A stretch of 64,000 nt of DNA from Eledone cirrhosa (Eukaryota). The DNA is taken from contig OZ024765.1 of assembly GCA_964016885.1 (NCBI GenBank), positions 13,826,001 to 13,890,000 of the forward strand. Direction: 5' to 3'. Made by a program: the position numbers and the translations under genes. This document shows, one piece after another, positions 14,825 through 27,710 of the stretch; within the stretch, counting starts at the first letter, position 1; each line of letters begins with the position of its first letter. The notes under the pieces were generated by a model, which ran no database searches, had not been told where the DNA came from, and worked only from the letters and a program-made list of their open reading frames with translations.

Positions 14825-15560
14825 TTATCTTCAATTTGGTATTTGTTCCAACCCTTACCTATGGTCATGAATCTTAGGTAATGGCCGAAAGAATATGATT
14901 GTGAATACAAGCAACTGAAATGGGGTTCCTCTGAAGGGTCATGGAGTAACATTACTTGATAGAGTGTGCAGCTCAGAGATCAGAGAGTCACTCCAGGTAG
15001 AGCCACTACTTCTCTGAATTGAGAGATCACAGCTCTGATACTATGGACATGTGGTTAGAATGTCTTAGGAAAGAATTGCTGGAGATATTTGTAGCTTGGA
15101 GATTAGAGAATCACTCCAGGTAGAGCCAATACTTCTCTGAATTGAGAGATCACAGCTCTGATACTATGGACATGTGGTTAGAATGTCTCAGGAAAGAATT
15201 GCTGGAGATATTTGTAGCCCAGAGATTAGAGAATCACTCCAGATAGAGCTGCTACATCTCTGAATTGAGAGATCACAGCTCCGATACTATGGACATGTGG
15301 TTAGAATGTCTTAGGAAAGAATTGCTGGAGATATTTGTAGCTTGGAGATTAGAGAATCACTCCAGGAAGAGCTGCTACTTCTCCAAATTGAGAGATCACA
15401 GCTCCGATACTATGGACATGTGGTTAGAATGTCTCAGGAAAGAATCACTCGACAGATTTTACAGGCAAAACCAACCATCAGGAGACCCAGAGGTAGACCC
15501 CAAACAAGATGGTTGGATAACATCCCTGAGCTTGGCTGGTCTTGCTTGGGGATCCAACCA
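14825..15560 (+). mobile_element. RTE-like LINE 3' fragment with internal ~123-bp tandem re-duplications
   Basis: LRYYGHVVRM...RPRGRPQTRWLD; gagatcacagctc block repeated four times. Confidence 0.75.
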
Positions 15561-15821
15561 GATCAGTTGAACACCATGGAAACCAGGATAAGCATCAGCC
15601 TAATGAGCCTCCAGGTTTGAGAGACTTTTACCTGGCAATGGACTGGTGTCCTGTCCAGGGGTGAGTTTTGTACTCTCAGTCAATTAACACCACAGACACC
15701 AGGATAAGCACTGGCCCAATGAACCTCTAGGCTTGAGACAGACTTAGAGACTTTTTGTTAAGCTTAAGATATTCTGTGTGTAAGAGAGAGGTTAAGATGT
15801 AATATCAAAGTTTTTTTTTAA

Positions 15822-16040
15822 CCCTTTAGCATCTAAATTACTTTATATTTACTATTGTATTTTCATAGTAAACACTTTATTTCACATAATTATCTCATAA
15901 TATTGAATCTATGAGATTTTGATATTATTTATGTTGTGAACAATTCCTTAACATCATTATAAGTGTCCAGGTATGGCCGGTTTGAACAGAAAGAGGTAAG
16001 AGAATTCTGTCCGGATATGGCCAGTTTAAATGCTAAAGGG
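15822..16040 (-). mobile_element. TTAA-flanked MITE (piggyBac-like, CCCTTTAGCAT TIR)
   Basis: TTAA-CCCTTTAGCAT...ATGCTAAAGGG-TTAA. Confidence 0.75.
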
Positions 16041-16079
16041 TTAAATATACTTTTATCAAATCAAAGCAGTAATACTTAC

Positions 16080-16118
16080 ATGTCACTACAGGGGTATGAG
16101 GAGACTTTGTGGAAATAC
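16080..16118 (-). CDS. Candidate 39-nt linker micro-exon (ISTKSPHTPVVT)
   Basis: ttgtag/gtaagt, phase 1-1, S/T/P-rich. Confidence 0.6.
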
Positions 16119-16256
16119 CTACAATAAGAATGTATAGTTAAAATAGTATTTATGGAGAGACACAAGATGATTATAATCATCATCATCATCATCATTACCG
16201 TTTTACATCCATTCTTCCCCGCTAGCATGGATTAGACGGGTTGTCCTGTTGTGGAC

Positions 16257-16290
<34 letters not shown>

Positions 16291-16291
16291 A

Positions 16292-16784
16292 TCTAAACTA
16301 TAATAAAGTAAGGAGTGTGGGACTGCGTCCAGAATATATTTTTTTATCCCGTTTGTAAAATAAGTTGGATTACTTTGAATAAATAATGAATGAATATTAC
16401 ATAATTTATCTACTAAATTTCGTTATTCTTCATTAAATATAAATAATTTTGTGGCTTATTTTAAGATTCACTTCTTTAAAATTTTCAAACGTCAACACTT
16501 CCGGTTAGCGATCACTTAAATAAACATTCATATATTTCCGTCACTAATTTTCTCCTAATGCAGTTTATATATAATATCATCCTTTTTTAATGTATCATGG
16601 ATTTTTAATGTATCATGATTACATAAAACAGTGTAACGCAGTCTTCGTTCAATTTCTGTGTATATTGTCAATTACGATTTTATTTGATGTATCATATCTT
16701 CATGTATATAGACTTGCGTATAATATCAATATACACACTACATATGCTAGCAGAAAACCACCCGAATGGTGGTTTTTCTGCTAG
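16292..16784 (+). mobile_element. Putative non-autonomous Helitron
   Basis: A|TCTAAACTATAATAAA 5' end, terminal hairpin ending CTAG|T. Confidence 0.5.
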
Positions 16785-17659
16785 TAATAGTAATAAACGA
16801 AAGATATATACTTTATATCATCTCTATTTACTTTATTATATATATATTAATGGAGGTACATGGCTTAGTGGTTAGATCATTAGCCTTGCAATCAAAAGGT
16901 TGTGAGTTCAACTCTCAGACCAGGTGATGTGTTGTTTCCTTGAGCAAGACACTTTATTTCACATTGCTCCAGTTTACTCAGCTGTAGAAATGAGATGATA
17001 GGGACTGGGGTCCCTTTAGCAGAAAAATAATATTATGCCTACATGGCATAATATTAATAAGAAAGGATATATTGTTATTGTTGTTATTTGTTATAGTGAA
17101 AAAGAGACAAAGTTAGCCACAAAGTAAATGTTTGTTGAATTAGTCGTAAAGCCTTCGTTAACATTTTTACATGTTTTATTCACAACTAATTACAAAGAGT
17201 TAAGTTGAGTTGACATGTCAAGGTAAAGAACAAACAAAATTAAAAGTTAAGAAGTGAATGTGACATTGTGCCAGGCCTAAGGTGGCCGACAGGCCAAAGT
17301 GAAACTCTCACCGTCACATTATTGCATGTTCACCTTTCAGAGTCCAAAGCAGCAAGAGAGAGATTTATGAATCGCCGCGGGGAATTTTTCCCTCTGGGCA
17401 GAAGTCGAGACACATTCTCCTACGCTGGCGGCGATTGGCTGAACTGAGCCAAACAACGCACGGAGAATGTATCCATGAGCCCTCGGCATGTAGGTCACTA
17501 CATCCCTATCATTCCACTGCAAAGTGGTCGTGGAGGTGCCACGGCAAAAAAAAAGCACCCAGCACTCACTGTAAAGTGGACGTGTAGGCACCACGGAAAA
17601 AAAGCACCCAGCCCACACTGTAAATGAGGTTGGTGTTAGGAAGGGCATCATCATCATCA

Positions 17660-17990
17660 TCATTTCATTTTACGTCCGCTTTTTCCTGCTTGCAAGGGTG
17701 GGACGGGAACTGATTTTGGCTTGATTTCTACAGCTGGATGCCCTTCCTAACACCAACCTCATTTACAGTGAGTGCTGGGTGCTTTTTTGCCGTGGCACCT
17801 CCACGACCACTTTGTAGTGGAATGATAGGGACCCAAGTCCCTATCATCTCATTTCTACAGCTGAGTAAACTAGAGCAATGTGAAATAAAGTGTCTTGCTC
17901 AAGGAAACAACACATCACCTGGTCTGAGAATTGAACTCACAACCTTTCGATTGCAAGGCCAATGCTCTAACCACTAAGCCATGAGCCTCC
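17660..17990 (-). mobile_element. tRNA-headed SINE family A with RTE-type tail (other copies ~14140, 16852, 39020-39347, 55462-55790, 56585-56908)
   Basis: A box TGGCTTAGTGG, B-box-like GAGTTCAATTC, tail CCCACCCTTGCAAGCAGG...GGACGTAAAA(TGA)n. Confidence 0.85.
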
Positions 17991-18793
17991 AGCTGTAGAA
18001 ATGCCACATTCACTTCTTAACTTTTAATCAAGCCAGAATCAGTTCTCAACCCACCCTTGCAAGCAGGGAAAAGCGGACGTATGATGATGATGATTTTGAA
18101 GATGCAAAGTTTTATGTATAACATAACCCAAAACATTTCCTCTTCAGACAAAATACATATGAGATGTATAATTTTTTGAAACAATCATTGGTTTAATTAG
18201 ATGACTTTGGCATTGTGATTATTAGTGGCTTCACAGATAATCAACTATTAATTTGACAGTAGTGTCTTAATGTTAGGTTCTTATATAAAATTATATTGAA
18301 AGATTTTAATTTAAATAGGAGACTTTTAAATAAGGGAGGTTTTGTTTCATAAAACCTGAGGTTCTTTTGGCTGGGTTAATAAAAATTGTTGTGGGATTTA
18401 CTAAAATTATTGTTTCAGTGCTAAGATAATGGTTTCTCATATAGGCACAAGGTCAGCAATTTTGGGGGAGGGGGAAGTTGATTAAATCGACCCTAGTGCG
18501 TGACTGGTACTTTATTTTATCGACCCTGAAGGATGAAAGGCAAAGTTATTTGAACTGAGATCATAAAGAGCCATAACTCTATGCTGCAAAGCATGGCACC
18601 CGACCCTCCACTGATACTGCCAATCCACTGCCCTTATTCAGTGCTAAGATAATAACGTAAAAATGATCCTTATATAAAATGTTGGAGGATTATTATTTAA
18701 ATAAAAACCCTTTAAAATGAATGAAAACAAGGAACAATTTTCGGTAGGTTACCATCAAAAGGGTTAAAGAAAGAAAGAAATAGATTAACTTAC

Positions 18794-18910
18794 TGAAGTT
18801 TTTACACAGTTTTTCATCAATAGAGTCGTTACAGTCACTAAACCCATCACACACTTTCTGTTTGTCAATACATGCACCATTGGTGCAGGCGAATTCTCCA
18901 AGTGTGCAAC
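18794..18910 (-). CDS. Exon: LDLa repeat 6
   Basis: CTLGEFACTNGACI...CDGFSDCNDSIDEKLC; gccag/gtaagt. Confidence 0.92.
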
Positions 18911-18937
18911 CTGGCAAAAAAGAAAATATATATATAT

Positions 18938-19278
18938 CAATGTGCATGAACGACCAAGCATAGATGAGTTGAGAGAGAAACTGGGTATAACAGGGATAAG
19001 TTGTGGTGTGCAGGAGAGAAGACTGAGATGGTATGGACATGTGATGCGCATGGAGGATGACCACTGGGCAAAGAAGTGCCAAGAAATGTCAGTAGAAGGA
19101 AGATGCAATAGAGGAAGACCACGAAAAACATGGGTGGAGGTGGTGAGAGCAAACCTCAGATCGCTGAAGCTCACGGAGGAGATGACGAAGGACCGTGACA
19201 AGTGGAGAGATGCTGTGCTGAATAGGACACATCCCACCCTTGCAAGCAGGGAAAAGCGGACATAAAATGATGATGATG
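18938..19278 (+). mobile_element. 5'-truncated RTE LINE 3' end (also ~25165-25695 -, 30228-30660 -, 37183-37630 +)
   Basis: RRLRWYGHVMRM...RGRPRKTW; (TGA)n tail. Confidence 0.9.
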
Positions 19279-19419
19279 TGTATATATATAGGCCATATTG
19301 AAACGAATCTTTAAAAAACTACCAAGACTGGAAGTTCAATATATGATTACAGGGTTACTAACTATAACTAAAACCTCTGAGTACATGGAAGCTATGAAAA
19401 GATTCAACAACAGAAACTT

Positions 19420-19690
19420 CTATTTGCAGTAGCCTGGGGTTCAAAGGCCCTCAACTCTTTAGTAAGTTGCCAAGAAACTTGAGAGATCTGCATGGTGTGG
19501 AAGTGGATATTTTCAAGAAACATCTTGACACTCTGCTATCCAGGATCTCAGATGAACCCACAACACAGAATGAAGGTAACCTAAGGGCAACCACAATGAA
19601 CTCCCTCCTACATCAATGGTCAGCCAACACAGTCAACGAAGGCGGTGCTCCAGCATGGCCTCAGCCGAATAGCTGGAACAGGTAAAAGAA
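19420..19690 (+). mobile_element. Non-LTR retrotransposon 3' fragment
   Basis: GPQLFSKLPRNLR...FKKHLD.LL.RISDEP C-terminal pattern. Confidence 0.6.
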
Positions 19691-19868
19691 TACACAAATA
19701 GGTCATCATCATCATCATTGTTTAATGTCTAGGTTATCATGTTATGATCCTAGACAAGCCCTGTGGCCACATCTTACTAATATGTTCTTTACAGAGTGGA
19801 CTGGGTGCTTTGTATTGTGACACCAACACTACCACATTACAGGGTGGACTGGGTGCTCTGTGTGGTGA

Positions 19869-19925
19869 AAGAAGAAGAAGAAGAAGAAGAAGAAGAAGAA
19901 GAAGAAGAAGAAGAAGAAGAAGAAG

Positions 19926-19972
<47 letters not shown>

Positions 19973-19996
19973 AAACAACAACAACAACAACAACAA
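19869..19996. repeat. (GAA)n(CAA)n compound microsatellite
   Basis: Direct. Confidence 0.98.
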
Positions 19997-20013
19997 GTAG
20001 AACTATTACTTAC

Positions 20014-20124
20014 GACATATCTCATCATCACCATCAAGGCAGTCAGCAACTCCATCACATATAAATTGCTGAGGCATACATTGACAGGACTTACAGGTAA
20101 ACTCTGTATTTGAACAGGTACAGT
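20014..20124 (-). CDS. Exon: LDLa repeat 5
   Basis: CSNTEFTCKSCQCM...CDGVADCLDGDDEIC; cttcag/gtaagt. Confidence 0.92.
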
Positions 20125-20933
20125 CTGAAGAAGAATGGGAAGATACATTTAACCCTTTAGCATTTAAACCGGCCGTATCTGGCCTTAATTCTCTCACCTC
20201 TTTCTGTTCAAACTGGCAGTAACCAGTCATATCTGGCCATAATTCCCTCACCTCTTTCTATTCAAACTGGCTGTAACCAGTCATATCTGGCCATAATTCT
20301 CTCACCTCTTTCTGTTCCATCTGGCTGTAACCAGCCACATCTGGTCATAATTCTCTCACTTCTTTCTGTTCCATCTGGCTGTAACCAGCCACATCTGGTC
20401 ATAATTCTCTCACCTCTTTCTGTTCCATCTGGCTGTAACCAGCCACATCTGGTCATAATTCTCTCACCTCTTTCTGTTCAAACTGGCTGTAACCAGCCGC
20501 TCATATTGTTCTCAAAATAAATAATATCAAAATCTCATAGATTTGATATTGTGTGAGATAATTATGTGAGATAAAGCCAAAGACACTTTCGGGCGAGCGA
20601 GACACAGTCTCCCAATCATTCCTGCATCAAATGGAACCAAACCGTCTAACCCATGCTAGCGTGGAAGATGGACATTAAACGATGATGATGATGATGATGA
20701 TGATGAAAGTCTTTACCGTGAAAATATAATAGTATATATAGAATGATGTAAATGTTAAAGGGTTAAATTGACTGTATCCGGTCAGAATTCTCTCACCACT
20801 TTCTGTTCAAACTAGCTGTGACTGACCACTCATACTGATGTTAAGGAATTGTTCTCAAAATGAATAACATCAAAATCTCATAGATTCAATATTATGTGAG
20901 GTAAAGCCTTTACTGTGAAAATACAATAGTATA

Positions 20934-21960
20934 TGACTTTCGGAAACATTTTTCCATGCTCAGAGTTGCTGAAGCATGGAACAAACTACCTGCATCAGTT
21001 GTTAGCTGCCGTGACACTGCATCCTTTAAAACCTCCATGGAACAAACTACCTGCATCAGTTGTTAGCTGCCGTGACACTGCATCCTTTAAAACCTCCATG
21101 GAACAAACTACCTGCATCAGTTGTTAGCTGTCGAGACACTGCATCCTTTAAAACCTCCATGGAACAAACTACCTACATCAGTTGTTAGCTGTCGAGACAC
21201 TGCATCCTTTAAAACCTCCATGGAACAAACTACCTGCATCAGTTGTTAGCTGCCGTGACACTGCATCCTTTAAAACCTCCATGGAACAAACTACCTGCAT
21301 CAGTTGTTAGCTGTCGAGACACTGCATCCTTTAAAACCTCCATAGAACAAACTACCTGCATCAGTTGTTAGCTGTCGAGACACTGCATCCTTTAAAACCT
21401 CCATAGAACAAACTACCTGCATCAGTTGTTAGCTGTCGAGACACTGCATCCTTTAAAACCTCCATAGAACAAACTACCTGCATCAGTTGTTAGCTGTCGA
21501 GACACTGCATCCTTTAAAACCTCCATGGAACAAACTACCTGCATCAGTTGTTAGCTGTCGAGACACTGCATCCTTTAAAACCTCCATAGAACAAACTACC
21601 TGCATCAGTTGTTAGTTGTCGAGACACTGCATCCTTTAAAACCTCCATAGAACAAACTACCTGCATCAGTTGTTAGTTGTCGAGACACTGCATCCTTTAA
21701 AACCTCCATAGAACAAACTACCTGCATCAGTTGTTAGCTGTCGAGACACTGCATCCTTTAACACCTCCATGCTTCCTGAGATTCGCCAACACTACACCTG
21801 ATACCCCCCCCCCCCTCCATACACATACACACATGTATATCCTGACACATACACTGTTCATTTCCCTGACATTTGTACATTATTCTATGTACTATACATG
21901 CACCTTTGATGAGTTGTAGTGCACCTGAGCACTGTACACAATAATTTCATTATTATTATA
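20934..21960 (+). mobile_element. CR1/L2-like LINE 3' end with a 61-bp segment amplified ~13x (20975-21770)
   Basis: RVAEAWNKLPASVVSC..TASFK unit; ends in an (ATT)n-type tail. Confidence 0.75.
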
Positions 21961-21994
21961 TATAGAGTAATGTAAATGCTAAAAGATTAAAAGA

Positions 21995-22313
21995 CCACCA
22001 CCACCACAACCACAACCACCGCTGCCACCCCCACCACAACCACCCCCCACCAACAACACTACAACCACCCCCACCAACAACACCACCACCACCACCACCA
22101 CCCCCACCAACAACCACCACCACAACCACCCCCACCAACAACAACACCACCCCCCACACACCCCACCACCAACAACACCACAACCACCACAACCAACAAC
22201 ACCACAACCACCACAACCACCACAACAACCACCACCACAACCCCCCCCCCCACCACCACCACCACAACCACCACTACCACCACCACCACCACAACCACCA
22301 CCACCACCACCAC
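21995..22313. repeat. (CCA/CAA)n low-complexity tract
   Basis: Direct. Confidence 0.95.
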
Positions 22314-22376
22314 AGTCCTTCTCCAGTCATTGCAGTTTTCATAATAATCCAAAACAATACAGAAATACCAACTCAC

Positions 22377-22493
22377 TGCATTCAATTTCATCAGAACCAT
22401 CCCCACAATCATCATGGCCGTCACATTGAACAGGGAGGGGCAGACATTTGCCAGTCAAGCATCGGAAATGTCTGGGGTTCTCACATCTGATCG
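22377..22493 (-). CDS. Exon: LDLa repeat 4 ([17 protein letters not shown]...[16 protein letters not shown])
   Basis: LDLa consensus; ttctag/gtgagt. Confidence 0.93.
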
Positions 22494-22788
22494 CTAGAAA
22501 ACAAATAGATTTATCAGAAATGCTGGCATATATTGAATGTATGTATACACCCTACCCATATATATATATGTACATACACATAATCATATATATATATATT
22601 GAACTTTACAACACCACCTGCCTCTTTGAGGTCAAATACCAACCCTACTAGCATCTACAAACTGACCAATGAGAATTAAGACTATTCCTGCTGACAACAT
22701 TAAATTATTCCTAACAAGCTCATATGTCCCAAAGCTCTGATACCATCAACACTATAAACACAGAGCTGGGATATCTAAGAACTGACTA

Positions 22789-22844
22789 ACTGCCTGATGA
22801 GGTCATAGCCATTCAATGGCTATCATCGAAATATATATAGCAGT
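22789..22844 (+). ncRNA. Minimal type I hammerhead ribozyme
   Basis: ACTGC-CTGATGA-stem II(ATAGCCAT/ATGGCTAT)-GAAA-TATATA-TA-GCAGT, then AATAAA. Confidence 0.8.
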
Positions 22845-22950
22845 AAATAAAGGATTATGAGTTCATGCAATTGACTTATGTTTCGTCACTATATATATAT
22901 ATATATATACAAAATATTGACAAATGAAAAATATTCTCATAATTAAAATA

Positions 22951-23020
22951 TATACTTTATTATATATATTTCAAAGGTACTGTGTTGTTTTTTCAGTACG
23001 TTCTCATCAGACAAAATATA
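22951..23020 (-). ncRNA. Type I hammerhead ribozyme
   Basis: TATTTTGT-CTGATGA-(GTACTG/CAGTAC)-GAAA-TATATA-TA-ATAAAGTA. Confidence 0.7.
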
Positions 23021-23104
23021 TGATTAATCAGAGCACTCTTTTTTCCTGTACCTTTCCGATGGAATTACTTCACACATATATATATATATGTATAGATAGA
23101 TAGA

Positions 23105-23421
23105 TATACTATAAGGATAAGGAACAAGGATTCAGTGTTGCATCATACCATATTTAATAACACATTACATATGTTTCACTATCAATCAGCCCGAGGCAAG
23201 ATCCATTATAGATCAAACCTAACTCTGTAATCGAAAGGTCGTCAGATATGCTTAGTATACAAGTTCGTCTCCAAGCATATCTGACCACCTTTCTATTCCA
23301 GAGACAGGTTCGATCTATAATAGATCTTGCCCCGAGCTGATTGATAGTGAAACATATGTAATATGTTATTAAATATGTTATGATGCAACACTGAATCCTT
23401 CTTCCTTATCCTTATAGTATT
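23105..23421. ncRNA. Inverted repeat carrying a hammerhead pair (minus 23161-23250 with CTGACGA; plus 23276-23365 with CTGACCA variant), long stem II
   Basis: CATAT-CTGACGA-...-GAAA-CATATG-TA-ATGTG; ~145-bp arms. Confidence 0.7.
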
Positions 23422-23495
23422 ATACTCTGCTCTGAACGAGCATCAAGTGCTCAACCGGCATACCGCCTATGGACACATTTTTCTAGCAACCATAC

Positions 23496-23548
<53 letters not shown>

Positions 23549-23553
<5 letters not shown>

Positions 23554-23791
23554 AAAAAGAGATGAAATCGAAAATGCAACTGAAGTCTTATTTTTTTTTT
23601 AAATATATATATTTATTTGGTTCCTTTACCGGTTTCGCAGTTGTGAGAAAAACCACAGACCCTCCATCTCAACTCACCTTTTGAAAAGCAGAAGAACTGC
23701 GAAACCGGTAAAGGAACCAAATAAATATATATATTTTTTAAAAAAAATAAGACTTCAGTTGCATTTTCGATTTCATCTCTTTTTCTTTATA
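23549..23791. ncRNA. Inverted repeat (~93-bp arms) with degenerate hammerhead at 23677-23714 (+)
   Basis: CCTT-TTGAAAA-GCAG/CTGC-GAAA-CCGG-TA-AAGG; core mutated. Confidence 0.55.
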
Positions 23792-24106
23792 CTTCCACTC
23801 GTGTAGGACACCTCGGTTATTTTTCATTTTGTAAAAAAAACCTCACTTTCTAATATATATATATATATATACAAATGGAAATTTAGTAAAATCAAAGTTT
23901 GGACTGTGGCCAAGCTAACGATATACAATTAGGAATGTGCAGCAAAGCACTCGATAAGGTTGTGTCACCTTAGAGTAATAACATACGTTAGATAGCTTGA
24001 CAAATTGAAAACTGCGACAGGTGAGCCCAGCCACATGAAACCAAAGCAGCGAAAAAAACCAATCAGGTATTGACAAACATATATATTTATATATATATGC
24101 ATGTGC

Positions 24107-24138
<32 letters not shown>

Positions 24139-24203
24139 TTGAAGTATTTCCGTAGGAAAGGTAAAGGAAAAGAGAGTGCTCTATGTAGGCTACAGAGCTT
24201 TTT

Positions 24204-24406
24204 AGTTATGTAATAAACAACATAAGATAATTATTTCATTTACCAAAGGTTTCACGAAGACAGACGAGCTTGGCACATGTCGGCCTTCAATCATCAGAAT
24301 AATATTAATTTCATTCTGACGATTGAAGGCAGACGTATGTGCCAAGCTCGTCTGTCTTCGTGAAACCTTTGGTAAATGAAATAATTATCTTATGTTGTTT
24401 ATTACA

Positions 24407-24411
<5 letters not shown>
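24204..24411. ncRNA. Inverted repeat carrying a hammerhead pair (minus 24235-24302, plus 24311-24379)
   Basis: TCATT-CTGACGA-(GAAGGCAGACG/CGTCTGTCTTC)-GAAA-CCTTTGG-TA-AATGA. Confidence 0.8.
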
Positions 24412-24476
<65 letters not shown>

Positions 24477-24545
24477 ACAAAAATAAAGGTTTGGGTGAGG
24501 AAGAAGTGTAAAATAAAGTTAGAATGTAGCTAGATCAATATTTAC

Positions 24546-24668
24546 CATCACATTTAGCTTCATCAGATCTGTCGGCAGGGCCACAATCTAATTCTCCGTC
24601 ACATGAAAACTTGGCTGGAATACAACGGCCACTGTCACAGGCAAATTCATTGTCACTACATTTGATTT
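24546..24668 (-). CDS. Exon: LDLa repeat 3
   Basis: [14 protein letters not shown]...CDGELDC...SDEAKC; ctgcag/gtaaat. Confidence 0.93.
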
Positions 24669-25894
24669 CTGCAGAAGAAAGAAAGAAAATAAGAAGAAAG
24701 TAAAACAAAAGGAAAAAAGGAAAGAAAAAGAAAGAAGAAAATAAGAAGAAAGTAAGACAAAAGAAAAAAAGAAAGTAAGAAAAAAAGAAAAAAAAAAGAA
24801 GTATCGGTAGAGCATCAGACATGCTTTGCAGCATAGTTATGGCCCTTTACATACTGAATTCAAATCCTGCCGAGGTTAGCTTTGCCTTTCTTCCTTATGG
24901 GTTGATAAACAAAGTACCAGTAATATACTGGGGTTGATTTAATTCGACTTTCCCCATCACCCAAATTGCTCGCCTTGTGCCCACCAAATTGCATATATAT
25001 ATATATGTGTGTGTGCGTTTGTTTTGATTGAGTATTGATCTGTTGCATGCGGTTCGCAGATGATTTGCCCAAAGTCACCTGTGGAAGCTGTGGGCCCTGA
25101 CTCCAGCATCGAGCTGCTCGTCAGACAGGTGGTTCAACATAAAATAAAGTGGTGTATCATCATCATCATCATCATCATTTTACGTCCGCTTTTCCCTGCT
25201 TGCAAGGGTGGGATGGGTCCTATTCAGCACAGCATCTCTCCACTTGTCACGGTCCTTCGTCATCTCCTCCATGAGCTTCAGCGATCTGAGGTCTGCTCTC
25301 ACCAGCCCCACCCATGTTTTTCGTGGTCTTCCTCTACTGCATCTTCCTTCAACTGGCATTTCTTGGCACTTCTTTACCCATCGGTCATCCTCCATGCACA
25401 TCACATGTCCATACCATCGCAGTCTCCTCTCCCGCACACTACAACTTACCCCTCTTAAACAGTTTCTCTCTCACCACCTCCACCCAAGTTTTTCGTGGTC
25501 TTCCCTCTTATACCCAGTTTCTCTCTCAACTCATCTATGCTTGGTCGTTCACGCACCTTGACATTGCACATCCAATGGAACAGGCTTGCTTCATTTCTCT
25601 CCAGCATATCCTCTGTAGTTGCTGCACATGTCTCACTACCATGCAGCATCGCACATCTCACACAGGCATCATATAACCGTCCTTTCGTACGCAGGGAGAA
25701 TATATATATATATTTAAATATTTTAATTTAAATAAACCATTATCTTTTCAACCTTTCGGACACTCATTTGCATACTCACTCATAATTTTCTATCACCCTC
25801 AATAAATGTAATATCTCCACTATCCAGGAAGCTCCAACCGTTAAGGTTGTCTTTTTTTCCGGGCATGTCAATATTTATTTATAAAACAAATCTG

Positions 25895-25960
25895 TATTTT
25901 ATCTGATGAAAGCGCACCATAATTTGCCTTGGTGGTCCTTGAAATATGTATAATAAAATA
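25895..25960 (+). ncRNA. Type I hammerhead ribozyme
   Basis: TATTTTAT-CTGATGA-AAG..CTT-GAAA-TATGTA-TA-ATAAAATA; downstream tail homologous to 52750-52870. Confidence 0.72.
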
Positions 25961-26093
25961 AATATGGTTTTATAAATATAGTTTTCATTTATTAATATAT
26001 TGTGTATTTACTCCACTAAAACTGTTGAGTGCTTTATATCAGTTATAAAAAATGTTTAAGCTTGTTGAATCCCAACAAATTAAATATAACCTC

Positions 26094-26145
<52 letters not shown>

Positions 26146-27710
26146 GACTATTAAGGGCTGATTTCAAATCTATTACATGTTCAATAAAGTAAAATATCAG
26201 TCATACACTGGGGTTGATTTAATCGACTTTACCCTCCTCCAAATTGCTGGCCTTGTGCTTAAAACAGAAACCATTATTACACCCAACTCCAAAGGTGGTG
26301 GTGGAATGGCAGAGTCGTTAGAGCATCAGATAGAACATGTTGTGGTGTTCAGTCCTGGCTGTTCCCACTCTGAATTTGAATCCTTTCTAGATCAACCTTG
26401 CCTTTCATTCTTTCGGTGTCGGTCAAACAGAGTACCAGTTACGTACTGGGGTCGATATATTAGATTTTCCGCTTCCTCTAAATTACTGGCTTTGAGTCTA
26501 TGTGAGAAATCATTATTAAGCATAGAGTTACGGCCCTTGCCATTCTGAGTTCAAATCCCGCCGAGGTTAACTTTGCCTTTCATCCTTACGGGGTCGATAA
26601 AATAAAGTACCAGTAATGCACTGGGTATTTGCTGGCCTTGTGTCAAAAGTAGAAACAATTATTACACCTGTCTAGGGCAGTGGATTGGTAGAATCGGTAG
26701 AGCGTCAGACATGCTTCACAGCGTAGAGTTATGTCCCTTTGCGTTCTGAGATCAAATCCCACCGAGGTTAGCTAAATAAAGTACCAGTAATGCTCTGGGG
26801 TCAACTTTGCCCCCCCCCCCCTCAAATTGCTGGTCTAGTGCCTAAAGTAGAAACAATTATAATACAAATAGCTGAATATTCCATAGAAACGTGAAACGCT
26901 AACAGAATTCTCAGGGAGATTCAGCGTGACGCAATGTATAACAGGTACAGTCAATAAATAATCACACGTTTCTTACTATGTATTTCCTTATCGATTATAT
27001 CGATTAGGATATTCCAGTGAACGAAGAACTATATCGATTAGGATATTCCAATGAACATTCACCGTCGAAACCGACGGAAGGCCTTTTTATCTTTTTTCTT
27101 AATTTCATTGGTAAAAAGATGGCGAATTGGCAGAGTCGTTACAGTGCTTTGTAGTATATCGTTCTAGCTCTCTGCTCTCCAATCCAGTCTAAGTCAACTT
27201 TGCCTTTCGCCCAGTCGAGTTCGATAAAAAAAAAAGTACCAGTCTAGTACTGAGATCGATTCTTCCATTCTCTCTCTCTCTCTCTCTCTAACACACACAC
27301 AGTCACTCACTCACACACACTTTGTATCCTTCGCTGGAAGAAATCTGCTGTACTCAGACATGAAGAAGTAATGGTGCCTGGCCAAACTTCCAAATGCTCA
27401 AGAAACGCCATATGTCACTACGGTGCCCTTACGACCCCCTCAGAAGATACGGAACCATACGATACCACTATTTCAGTTATCATATCAGGTCTTATGGTGT
27501 TTTGTCCCGGTCCAAGTAGAGTAAACATTGTTTGAGAGAACGTTATTAAAACCTTATACGCCATTTGTAATATAAAATAAAGGGACTTAACTTTGAATGT
27601 ATTTCAATAAATAAATAAAAAATAAAGAGGAGATCACTCTTAATGTCAGCAAGAAAATATATTTCATAAATATGTATAATAAATAAATAAATGTATAAAT
27701 ATATATATTA

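Noticed and set aside
27330-27540. GC-richer short open stretch on the plus strand
   Set aside because: No recognisable motif or convincing splice sites
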